DNA of 33,758 nucleotides from Verrucomicrobiota bacterium (GCA_046090125.1 JBJSZF010000199.1:1-33758); one strand, 5' to 3'; positions 1 through 7,945 are shown, counted from the stretch's first letter. Made by a program: numbers and translations. The notes: a model not told the origin generated them from the sequence alone.

Positions 1-1728
1 GCTCCCCTCACTTCTTCACCGCAATCCGATGCGGCTGCCGGAGGACGATCCGGCCCTGGTGCGGCTGGAGGAAGATTTGGCGGTCCTCCCGGCGGGGTGC
101 AGCCGGACCGCAAGCTGCTCAAGCAGTTCGACAAGGATGGGAACAAGAAGCTGGACGCGCTGGAGCGGGACGCCGCGCGCGAGTTCCTGGCGAAGGAGGC
201 GGCGAGCGGTGGTGGTCCGCAACGACGCGGGCCGGGCCGCGGGGGCTTTGGGCCGGGCGGCCCGCGCCGGGAGAATGCCACGCCGCCCAAGCCGGGACCC
301 AGGGTGTCGCCGGCCGACGCGACGTCGCACGCGGGCAAGCCGCTGTATGACCCCGGGGTGTTGCGGACGTTGTTCCTGACGTTCGAGAGCCCGGACTGGG
401 AGAAGGAACTGGAGGCGTTCCATGGCTCGGACGTGGAGGTGCCGGCCAAGCTGCTGGTGGATGGCAAGACCTACGAGGACGTGGGCGTTCACTTCCGCGG
501 GAACTCGTCCTACAACATGGTGGGAACGGGCCAGAAGCGGTCGTTGAATCTCTCGTTGGACGCGTTCAAGGAGGGGCAGGCGATCGACGGCTTCCGGACG
601 TTGAACCTGTTGAACAGCCACGAGGACCCGAGCTTCCTGCGTGCGGTGCTGTACTGCGACGTGGCGCGGCAATACGTGCCCGCCCCGCGCGCGAACCTCG
701 TGAAGCTGGTGATCAACGGCGAGTCGTGGGGCATCTACGCGAACGTCGAGCAGTTCAACAAGGACTTCGCCCAGCAGCACTTCAAGGCGGCCAAGGCGGC
801 TCGGTGGAAGGTGCCCGGGTCGCCCAACGCGAAGGGCGGGCTCGAGTACCTGGGCGACGACGCGGCGCCGTACAAGAAGATCTACGACCTCAAGAGCAAG
901 GAGGACCCCAAGGCGTGGTCGGACCTGGTCCAGTTGTGCAAGGTCTTGAACCAAACGCCGACGGAACAGTTGGAGAAGGCGTTGGAGCCGATCCTGGACG
1001 TCGAGGGCGCGCTGCGCTTTCTCGCGTTGGAGAACGCGTTGGTGAACAACGACGGGTACTGGGTGCGCGCGAGCGACTACGTCCTGTGCCAGGACGGGCA
1101 AGGGAAGTTCCACGTGTTGCCGGGCGACACGAACGAGGGCTTCACGCGCGCGGGTCGGCCCGGTGGGCCGGGCGGTCCGGGCGGACGACGGCGCGGTCCC
1201 GGTGGCGGCGGGTGGGATGGCCCGGGCGGTCCCGGTGGCCCTGGAGGCCCTGGAGGGCCGGGAGGTCCCGGAGGCCCGGGAGGTCCGGGCGGCGCGACCA
1301 GTCCTGTTCAACCGGGACAGCCGGGAGGGCCTGCGGGACCGATGGGTCCCGGCGGCGGGCGGGGCGGGATGGGGGTTGAGCTGGACCCGCTGGTGTCCGC
1401 GAAGGACACGACGAAGCCCTTGTTGTCCAAGCTGCTGGCGGTGCCGGCCTTGCGGGAGCGTTACCTGGCGTTGGTGCGCGAGATTGCGGAGAAGCACCTG
1501 GACTGGGCGAAGCTGGGCCCGGTGGCGCAGCGGTATCATGACCTGATTGCGGCGGAGGTGCGCGTGGACACGCGGAAGCTGGACTCGACGGAGGCGTTTG
1601 AGACGAGCCTGACGCAGGACCACGCTGGAACGGGGTTTGGGCCCGGGGGCGGTGGAACGATTGGGTTGAAGAACTTTGCGGACCAGCGCCGGGCGTTCCT
1701 GCTGGGGAAGATCCCGGCGAAGCCCTGA
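1..1728 (+). CDS. CotH-family kinase-like protein with an EF-hand-like loop and Gly/Pro-rich inserts; 5' end probably outside the window
   Basis: Frame 1 is open from base 1. CotH-type motifs [43 protein letters not shown] and [10 protein letters not shown]-hand-like [13 protein letters not shown]. (GGP)n insert at ~1156-1375. Confidence 0.8.
   Translation, partial: APLTSSPQSDAAAGGRSGPGAAGGRFGGPPGGVQPDRKLLKQFDKDGNKKLDALERDAAREFLAKEAASGGGPQRRGPGRGGFGPGGPRRENATPPKPGPRVSPADATSHAGKPLYDPGVLRTLFLTFESPDWEKELEAFHGSDVEVPAKLLVDGKTYEDVGVHFRGNSSYNMVGTGQKRSLNLSLDAFKEGQAIDGFRTLNLLNSHEDPSFLRAVLYCDVARQYVPAPRANLVKLVINGESWGIYANVEQFNKDFAQQHFKAAKAARWKVPGSPNAKGGLEYLGDDAAPYKKIYDLKSKEDPKAWSDLVQLCKVLNQTPTEQLEKALEPILDVEGALRFLALENALVNNDGYWVRASDYVLCQDGQGKFHVLPGDTNEGFTRAGRPGGPGGPGGRRRGPGGGGWDGPGGPGGPGGPGGPGGPGGPGGPGGATSPVQPGQPGGPAGPMGPGGGRGGMGVELDPLVSAKDTTKPLLSKLLAVPALRERYLALVREIAEKHLDWAKLGPVAQRYHDLIAAEVRVDTRKLDSTEAFETSLTQDHAGTGFGPGGGGTIGLKNFADQRRAFLLGKIPAKP
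1156..1375 (+). repeat. Intragenic 9-bp-period tandem repeat encoding (GGP)n
   Basis: ggcccgggc-ggtcccggt-ggccctgga-ggccctgga-gggccggga-ggtcccgga..., with synonymous variation between units. Confidence 0.85.
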
Positions 1729-1856
1729 GCCTAGAAACGGCAGTCGAAGAGGATTTCCAAACGAGGAAAGGGCCCTCCCATCAGGGAGGATGGGCTCACG
1801 GGCAGGAACCCAAGGGCTCACCCTGCGAGTGAGGTCGTGGTGGGCTCGACGCGGCT

Positions 1857-1929
1857 GTAGGCCGGGTCCCCTGACCCGGCGCACCGGGAATGCGGCATCG
1901 CCGTCGCCGCGTGAGGGCACGCGGCCTCA
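1857..1929. repeat. GTAG-type REP doublet, copy 1
   Basis: GTAG + hairpin GCCGGGTC-CCCT-GACCCGGC (1861-1880), then an inverted partner GCCGCGTG-AGGG-CACGCGGC (1906-1925) followed by CTCA (degenerate CTAC). Confidence 0.75.
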
Positions 1930-1956
1930 TGGGAGCGCATGGCAGCCGTCCACCGA

Positions 1957-2216
1957 GCCCCAACGGGGCGGCACGATGTGATCCCAGGGCAACGCCCTGG
2001 GTTTGGGCCACCCAACGAGCCCACCAGCCCTGAAAGGGCGGCCGAACCGCACCATGCGACGCACGGGGGGCTAGGGGAGGTGCGTCGTGGATGGCGTTGG
2101 GTTCACGACGTTGGGGTCTCGTTCGCGGTTAGGCCGCCCTTTCAGGGCTGATGTCCTTCGACCGGACGGAGACCTGGGGCGTTGCCCCAGGCTCACCAAG
2201 GATGCCCCGTTGGGGC
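1957..2216. repeat. Long inverted pair of a three-hairpin REP-like unit
   Basis: GCCCCAACGGGGC (1957-1969) is the reverse complement of 2204-2216. Hairpin 1983-2001 matches hairpin 2173-2191. 2025-2050 vs 2125-2150 is an inverted repeat at 25/26. Confidence 0.8.
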
Positions 2217-2268
2217 GGGTCGGAACGATCCGATGGAGCGGGTGATTGCGGTGGTCGTAAAGCGGGCA

Positions 2269-2342
2269 GAAGGCCGGGTCCCCTGACCCGGCGCACGAGG
2301 GATGTGGCATTGCCGCCGCCGCGTGAGGGCACGCGGCCTACA
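2269..2342. repeat. GTAG-type REP doublet, copy 2 (direct repeat of 1857-1929)
   Basis: The same two 20-nt hairpins occur at 2273-2292 and 2318-2337, ending in CTACA. Confidence 0.75.
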
Positions 2343-2364
2343 GACTGCCCCACTGCCGTTTCTA

Positions 2365-2470
2365 GGCTCACGGAGGCACCGAGATCACGGGGGGCGGGAG
2401 CGTGGGGATCCCCCACCCCTTTGCGTCTTGTCGTCTTGGTGTGATTTCCACCCCCAAAGCTCCGTGAGCC
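2365..2470. repeat. Short inverted repeat enclosing degenerate 8-mer repeats
   Basis: GGCTCACGGAG (2365-2375) and CTCCGTGAGCC (2460-2470) form a perfect 11-bp IR. CTTTGCGT-CTTGTCGT-CTTGGTGT at 2419-2442. Confidence 0.5.
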
Positions 2471-2508
2471 GCAGCGGGAGCGAGTCGTTGCATTGTCCCA
2501 ACGGGGTC

Positions 2509-2550
2509 AGAAAGGCACCCCGCCGCGGCCGTGGGCCATGGCGGGGCGCC
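2509..2550 (-). terminator. Possible intrinsic terminator of the 2581-3260 gene
   Basis: Minus strand GGCGCCCCGCC...GGCGGGGTGCC stem followed by TTTCT, 30 nt after the stop codon. Confidence 0.45.
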
Positions 2551-2580
2551 CAGGCGAAGGGAGCGTGCGGACGGGTCGGG

Positions 2581-3260
2581 TCAGACCGTGGCGGGGGTCC
2601 CGGCCGTGCCGGGTGCGGCCGCGGAGGTGGGCGTTCCCCGGGTGGCCTTCAGGTGAACCAACGCGCGTGCACTTCGATACGCCTCGACCAAGGCGGGCTC
2701 GGTGGCGCGGAACTGCCCCACCAACGCGTCCATCTGGCCCGTCAGGACGGCGTCGGCCGCGTCGAACTCGTCGGCGAGCTGCTGGGTCAAGGTCGCGCCT
2801 TGCGCGGTGGCGGCCCGGGGCTTGCCGATGCTGGCCGCGTAGGCGTCGATGGCCGTGCCGAGTCGCGCCACCGTGTCCGCCGTGATCCCGAAACGTTCCA
2901 ATCCCTCCGGATGTTCCAGGGCCAGGGCGTGAATGTTCCGCGCCATCACGGCCGCCACCGTGTCGCGTGCCTCGTTCATTCGGCTGACGGGGATGTTGGC
3001 CTTCGCGGCCAGTTCCGCGTTGCCGGCCTTGACCGCATACGCCCGGATCGCGAGGGCGGTGGCGTTGGCGGATTCCGTCATGCGTGCGCGCAGGCTGCGT
3101 TTGTCATCGGCAAGGCCGGCGCCGTTCACGTCGCGGAGCTGCGTGATGCGCTGGATGTTGGCGACGTGGCGGTTGAAGTCCGCGTGCGCCTCGTCCAGGG
3201 CGGGCAAGGACCGGATGACGGCACGGTGCGGCTCGCACGCGGCGAGGACGGCGAGGTGAC
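2581..3260 (-). pseudogene. Helical hypothetical protein whose native N-terminus is cut off by the IS630 element
   Basis: Protein-like sequence HLAVLAACEPH...AYRSARALVHL runs into the IS end at 3261 with no native start. The frame stays open into the IS (ATG at 3300). Confidence 0.6.
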
Positions 3261-4366
3261 GGTCTCGATCCTTATTAAGACTCGCAAAATAGGGTGACAT
3301 TTTGAATGAACCGTGTAGCTTTGCGGCATGGCGCAAAAGCGAGATCATATCCAGATGGAAAAGCGGCGGGTTCGGGCCGCAGCAATGTTTGCGAAAGGCG
3401 ATTCAGCCCCGGAAGTCGGGCGAAAACTCAATGTGAGCCGCCAAGTCGCCTACCGATGGAAGTCGGCGTGGCAGAAGAACGGCAAGGCGGGCCTGGCCAG
3501 CAAAGGCAAGGCGGGCCGCAAGTCCAAGCTGTCGGCGGTCCAAGCAGCGATGGTCGTGAAGGCTCTGGTCGCTGGCCCGGTGAGCCGCGGTTACAAGACG
3601 AATCTGTGGACTCTTCCGCGGGTCTCGGCGCTCATCGAGGAGCTGACGGGCGTCCAATACCATCCCGGACACGTCTGGCGTCTGCTGGGCGACAATGGGT
3701 TCAGTTGCCAACGCCCAGAACGTCGGGCGATCGAGCGCGACGAAGCGAAGATACGGCGGTGGAAGCGGGTCGAATGGCCGGCGATAAAAAAAAGGCCCGC
3801 AAAGAGGGTCGAACCATTGTCTTCATCGACGAAAGCGGATTGAGCACCCGCCCCACCCGGGTGCGCACGTGGGCCCCTCGTGGAAAGACACCGGTCATCC
3901 AGGAAACTTTGGATGGAAGAGCCTTTCCATCATCGGCGGAATGTCTCTCTACCGGTTCTACTTCCAGATCCACCCGGGCAGCATCAAGGGTCCGCAGGTG
4001 ATCGAGTTCCTGCGGCACCTGCAGCGGCATGTTCCGGGAAAGCTGACCATCATCTGGGATGGTGCCCCGATGCACCGGAGCCGAATGGTTCAGGACTATG
4101 TGGCCGGCACTGGCGGACGCATCGAGGTGGAACGACTCCCGGCATACGCCCCGGAGCTCAATCCGGTCGAGTACATGTGGGGAAACCTCAAGACACACCA
4201 GATTGGCAACCTGATCGCCACGCAGGCCTGGGAACTGAGCATGCAAGCCACCGCCGCCCTGCGCCGCATGCGCCGTCGACGCTCCATCATTGCCGCATGC
4301 TACAAGCAATCCACTCTCTGGCCTGAATGACACCCTATTATGCGAGTCTCAATGGGGAATGAGACC
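3261..4366 (+). mobile_element. IS630-family insertion sequence (core IR 3274-3301 / 4326-4353; extended 41-bp IR)
   Basis: 3261-3301 vs the reverse complement of 4326-4366 match at 34/41. Flanked by GAC (3258-3260) and GAC (4367-4369). Visibly lower GC than the flanks. Transposase inside. Confidence 0.9.
3328..4330 (+). pseudogene. tnp: IS630 transposase: HTH OrfA plus DDE OrfB via a -1 slippery site, with an extra frameshift near 3910
   Basis: OrfA 3328-3843 (VAYRWKSAW, WTLPRV, YHPGHVWRLL). A8G at 3786-3794 leads by -1 into IVFIDESG..TWAPRGKTP. The rest (IIWDGAPMH, LPAYAPELNPVEYMW) is in a third frame ending at 4330. Confidence 0.85.
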
Positions 4367-4499
4367 GACAGCTTCGCCTTGTCCTGGGCAATCGCCTTTC
4401 GGCCCGTTGGACCTTTTGCAGGGCGAGTCGAACGGACGATGTGGGGCGGCGCAGGATTCCCGGCTGGCCTTGCCGTGAGCCGTCTGGTTGCCTGTCTCC

Positions 4500-5324
4500 A
4501 TGTCCCGCATGTCCATGGCCCTCGTCGCCGGCCTCGGCGTCCTGCTCCAAGCAAGCGTCCGCGCCGAGTCGCCGGTCCCGAAGCTGTACTCCGGTCGCCC
4601 CTTGCAGTTGCTGCTCGTGACCGGCGGTTGCTGCCACAACTATCCCTTCCAGTCCGGCCAGCTCACCAACTGGGCCGCCCGGCGTGCCGACGTCCGCTTC
4701 ACCGTCGTCCACGAGGGCGGCAACGGCACCCGCGGGCAAATCCCGCTGTACGACAACCCCGGCTGGTCCAAGCCCTATGACGTCGTCGTGCACAACGAGT
4801 GCTTCGCGGACACGGACGACCCGGCGTACATCCGCCGCGTCGTGGCCGGGCATCGCGGCGGCACGCCCGCCGTCGTGGTGCATTGCGCGATGCACACGTA
4901 CCGGGCCGCGGCCATCGACGACTGGCGCGAGTTCCTGGGCGTCACCAGCCGCCGCCACGACCATCAAAGCCGCTACCCCGTCACCGTCGTCGCACCCGCC
5001 CATCCCGCGATGCAGGGCTTCCAAGCCCCTTGGACTACGGCGATGGACGAGCTCTACATCGTCGAGAAGCTCTGGCCCAAGGCCACCGCCCTTGCCACCG
5101 CCCGCAGCGAGGGCGACGGCTCAACCCATGCCGTCGCATGGGCCAACGACTTCCATGGAGCCCGCGTCTTCGGAACCACCTTCGGACACTCGGACGCCAC
5201 CTTCTCCGACCCTGCCTTCCTCGAAATGGTCACGCGCGGCATCGTCTGGGCCTCCGGCAAGGCCGACCGAAACAGCACGTCCAAGCCCGCCGTCGCCACC
5301 CCCCGAAGCCCATTTTCCCCCTAA
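4500..5324 (+). CDS. Secreted ThuA-like (trehalose-utilisation/GATase-like) domain protein
   Basis: Signal peptide ending VRA. LLVTGGCCHNY, YDVVVHNEC, HCAMHTY, DELY, GARVFGTTFGH, RGIVWA. Start at 4500 or 4509. Confidence 0.8.
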   Translation: MSRMSMALVAGLGVLLQASVRAESPVPKLYSGRPLQLLLVTGGCCHNYPFQSGQLTNWAARRADVRFTVVHEGGNGTRGQIPLYDNPGWSKPYDVVVHNECFADTDDPAYIRRVVAGHRGGTPAVVVHCAMHTYRAAAIDDWREFLGVTSRRHDHQSRYPVTVVAPAHPAMQGFQAPWTTAMDELYIVEKLWPKATALATARSEGDGSTHAVAWANDFHGARVFGTTFGHSDATFSDPAFLEMVTRGIVWASGKADRNSTSKPAVATPRSPFSP

Positions 5325-5343
5325 TCCCCACGATCTCCTTCAA

Positions 5344-5378
5344 CCTTCATCCCTCATCCTTCCCCCTTCCTCCTTCCC
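5344..5378. repeat. Heptamer tandem repeat (CCTTCMY-like) x5
   Basis: CCTTCAT CCCTCAT CCTTCCC CCTTCCT CCTTCCC. Confidence 0.65.
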
Positions 5379-5387
5379 TCCCCACTC

Positions 5388-6056
5388 ATGAACCCGCTCG
5401 CCTCCTTCCCCATCGTCCCCCGCCGCCGTTTCCTTCGTGCCGCCGCGTGGTCTGCGGCGTTCCTGTCCGTGCCGGGGGCCTACGCGGCGGCCCTGCGCGA
5501 GACGCCGCCCCAGACCGAGGGGCCGTTCTACCCGGACAAGCTCCCGCTCGACACGGACAACGACCTGGTCGTGGTGAATGACGCGCTCGATCCGTCCGCT
5601 GGCGTGGTGACATGGCTGGGCGGCCGGATCCTGGACGCGCGCGGCCAGCCCCTCCGCAACGCCACCGTGGAGATTTGGCAGGCCGACGCCCAAGGCGTGT
5701 ACCTGCACTCCAAGAGCGACAATGCGGGCAAGCGAGACCTGCGCTTCCAGGGCTTCGGCCGGTTCCTCACCGCCTCCTCCGGCGAGTACGTGTTCCGGAC
5801 AATCAAGCCCGTACCCTACCCGGGTCGGACGCCGCACATCCACGTCGCGGTCAAGGTGCCCGGACGGCCCAAGTTCACGACGCAGTGCTACATCGAAGGC
5901 GAGCCCCAGAACGCCAAGGACGGCATCCTGCAATCCGTGAAGGATCCCAAGGCCCGCGCGTTGCTGCTCGTCCCCTTCAAGCCCGTGCCCCAGTCCAAGG
6001 CCGGCGAGCTGTCCGCGCATTTCGACATCGTCCTGGGCGTCACCCCGGAGGCCTGA
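5388..6056 (+). CDS. Intradiol ring-cleavage dioxygenase-family protein with a Tat-type signal
   Basis: RRRFL twin-arginine motif. TEGPFY, VEIWQADAQGVY, FRTIKPVPYPGRTPHIH (Tyr/Tyr/His/His Fe ligands). Confidence 0.88.
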   Translation: MNPLASFPIVPRRRFLRAAAWSAAFLSVPGAYAAALRETPPQTEGPFYPDKLPLDTDNDLVVVNDALDPSAGVVTWLGGRILDARGQPLRNATVEIWQADAQGVYLHSKSDNAGKRDLRFQGFGRFLTASSGEYVFRTIKPVPYPGRTPHIHVAVKVPGRPKFTTQCYIEGEPQNAKDGILQSVKDPKARALLLVPFKPVPQSKAGELSAHFDIVLGVTPEA

Positions 6057-6064
6057 GCGCGGCC

Positions 6065-6526
6065 ATGGACGAGGACCAGCTCCTGCGCCGCCTCGCCGCC
6101 GTCGAGGCCCTCCATGCCGGCGCGGGCACGCCCGGCGAACGCGAGGCCGCCGCCGCCGCCCGCGACCGCATCCGCGCGCGCCTCGAGAAGCTCAAGGTCG
6201 AGGACCCGCCCGTGGAGTACACCTTCAGCCTCACGGATGGATGGTCGCGACGACTGCTCCTTGCCTTGATGCGTCGCTACGGCCTGAAGCCCTACCGCTA
6301 TCCGCGCCAACGGCGCACCACCGTGCGCGCCAAGATTCCCATTCGCTTCGTGGACGAGGTCCTTTGGCCCCAATACCTCCAGCTCTCCAAGCTGCTCCAC
6401 GATTACCTCTCGGAGGCCACCGACCGCGTCATCGCCCTGGGCCTCCAGGCCGACGCCTCCGAGGCCGAGGAGACGCCGGAACCGGCCGGCAACATCGGGC
6501 CAGAGGGGTCAGATCTTGATATTTGA
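6065..6526 (+). CDS. Conserved hypothetical protein (153 aa)
   Basis: ATG 8 nt after the previous stop. GAGTPGEREAA, WSRRLLLALMRRYGLKPYRYPRQRRTT and LWPQY look like a conserved family. Codon usage is typical. Confidence 0.7.
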   Translation: MDEDQLLRRLAAVEALHAGAGTPGEREAAAAARDRIRARLEKLKVEDPPVEYTFSLTDGWSRRLLLALMRRYGLKPYRYPRQRRTTVRAKIPIRFVDEVLWPQYLQLSKLLHDYLSEATDRVIALGLQADASEAEETPEPAGNIGPEGSDLDI

Positions 6527-6629
6527 CATTCGGGCTTCCGGGGTGTTCCCGCGAACGGCCCGTCCCCGGTTTCCTGTTCCCTACCGGCCGACAGTGGCCA
6601 TCAAACGTCAATGTTACAGATCTGACCCC
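6505..6629. repeat. GGGGTCAGATCT-type inverted repeat (REP/MITE-like)
   Basis: 6505-6530 vs the reverse complement of 6604-6629 match at 20/26, with the first 12 identical. Confidence 0.7.
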
Positions 6630-6663
6630 ATTGGCAGGGCCCATGGGCAGGGCGCGCGGTGGC

Positions 6664-7380
6664 TCACGACTCCATGTCGCGCGTGTAGTACAGGAGGCGG
6701 CCGCAGTTGGTGCAGTTGACAAGGTCCACCTGCGCCTTGGCCTGGAGGATGACCTGGATGGGCAGCTTGACGTGGCACCCGCCGCAGGTCTGGCGGTGCA
6801 CGCCCACCAGGACGTTGTCGCCTCGGGTCTTGAGGATTCGCTCGTAGCGGGTGACGGCGGCCGGGTCCAGGGAGGCCGCGTGTTGCGCCCGTTGCGTGAC
6901 CACGGCCGCCAGCTCGGCATTCAGGTTGGCCTCGCGGGCGTCCACGTCGGCCACGTGCTGGTCCGTCTCCTTCTTCTGGGCGGCGGCGAGTCCGTTGGCG
7001 GCCTGGAACTCCTTGGAGAGGCGCTCGACCTGTTCCATGAGGTCGATCTCGCGGTCCTCGAGCTTGCGGATGTCGGCCTCGTTGGACTCGATCTGGTGCT
7101 GGAAGGCCTTGTACTGGTCGTTGGAGCGCGTGGCTTGCTGCTCGGCCTGAAGCTTTTGGATGCGTTGCCGCAGCGTGGCGGCCTCTTGCTCCAGGGTCTT
7201 GCGCTCGCTCTCGGCCGCGCCGAGCCGCCGCTTGGCCTCGTCGAGGGCTGCCTGGGCGTGCGTGGCCTTGCCCCGGAGCAGCATCCGTTGGGGGGCCACC
7301 GTCTCCAATTCCGCCCGAAGCCGGATGAGGCGGCGGTCGCGGTCTTGGAGCACGAGCAGGCCTTCGATGATGGGGAGCAT
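6664..7380 (-). CDS. Coiled-coil protein with a C4-type zinc ribbon (DUF164 / CT398-HP0958-like)
   Basis: LLVLQDRD N-terminus, long coiled coil, CGGC...CTNCGRLLY. Confidence 0.9.
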   Translation of the reverse strand: MLPIIEGLLVLQDRDRRLIRLRAELETVAPQRMLLRGKATHAQAALDEAKRRLGAAESERKTLEQEAATLRQRIQKLQAEQQATRSNDQYKAFQHQIESNEADIRKLEDREIDLMEQVERLSKEFQAANGLAAAQKKETDQHVADVDAREANLNAELAAVVTQRAQHAASLDPAAVTRYERILKTRGDNVLVGVHRQTCGGCHVKLPIQVILQAKAQVDLVNCTNCGRLLYYTRDMES

Positions 7381-7451
7381 GTTGCGTGCACGCTACCGCC
7401 CGGCTTCGCCCAGCGTCAATTTGCACGAGCGACGGCCGACGCCGGAGGGGA

Positions 7452-7535
7452 TGGTGGGCGAGACAGGACTTGAACCTGCACGGCTTGCGCCACGGGATCC
7501 TAAGTCCCGCGTGTCTGCCATTTCACCACTCGCCC
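7452..7535 (-). tRNA. tRNA-Leu (anticodon TAG)
   Basis: GGGCGAG/CTCGCCC acceptor stem, discriminator A, encoded CCA. Anticodon arm CGGGA-CT-TAG-GA-TCCCG. Long variable arm. GGTTCAAGTCC T-arm. Confidence 0.96.
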
Positions 7536-7623
7536 GAAGGGCGCCATTAGGCGTCGGGCGCGTCGCCGGGGGAAGTTTCAAGTTGCCCGAAACCGGGCCC
7601 CTGCCCGAAGCTCAGACCGCTGC

Positions 7624-7697
7624 TGGCCGATGGTGTAAAGGTAGCACAGGGGTCTTTGGAGCCCTTAGTCATGGTTCGAATCCATGTCGGCCAGCCA
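7624..7697 (+). tRNA. tRNA-Gln (anticodon TTG)
   Basis: TGGCCGA/TCGGCCA acceptor stem (U1-A72), G discriminator, CCA. CT-TTG-GA anticodon loop. GGTTCGAATCC. Confidence 0.95.
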
Positions 7698-7763
7698 AGC
7701 CCGGTCCGCGCGACGGCCCCTGCCTTCCGCATCGTCCGCACCCTCTGCCACCGACCCACTTCA

Positions 7764-7926
7764 CGTCCTTCCCATTCCCTTGGCCATCGTGGTGTTGACG
7801 TGCGCTTGCGCGCGGAACGTGACGCCTTGCCCATCTTTAGCATCCCAGGCTTCGCGGCGTGACGTGGATGGGCGGCAACCGGCCGCAGGACTCCACCGGC
7901 TACGATGTGGGCAGGGGCCAAGGACG
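7764..7926 (+). ncRNA. Candidate structured non-coding RNA (rod-like)
   Basis: Nested helices CCTTGGCC/GGCCAAGG, CATCGTGG/CTACGATG and GCCCATC/GATGGGC. G-U pairs favour the + strand. Family not recognised. Confidence 0.3.
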
Positions 7927-7945
7927 ACGACCGCGCCGTGCCGGG

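Larger units (their letters stand above)
1726..2370. mobile_element. Non-coding composite MITE-like element bounded by a perfect 19-bp inverted repeat
   Basis: TGAGCCTAGAAACGGCAGT (1726-1744) is the exact reverse complement of ACTGCCGTTTCTAGGCTCA (2352-2370). CTAG at 1731-1734 and 2362-2365 could be a target duplication. No credible ORF inside. Confidence 0.6.

Noticed and set aside
1857-2342. Repeat cluster as a CRISPR array
   Set aside because: Only two direct copies ~410 nt apart, no regular repeat-spacer period and no cas genes.
3261-4366. Inward-facing BsaI sites (GGTCTC/GAGACC) bracketing the IS as a cloning scar
   Set aside because: They are continuous with an imperfect natural IR and internal hairpins. 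No vector sequence is present.
6505-6629. Tn3-family terminal IRs (GGGG ends)
   Set aside because: Shorter than 38 bp, no TAAG inner end and no 5-bp target duplication (CCAGA vs ATTGG).
7452-7697. tRNAs as prophage or island attachment sites
   Set aside because: No integrase and no duplicated tRNA 3' end seen in the window. The flanking genes are housekeeping.
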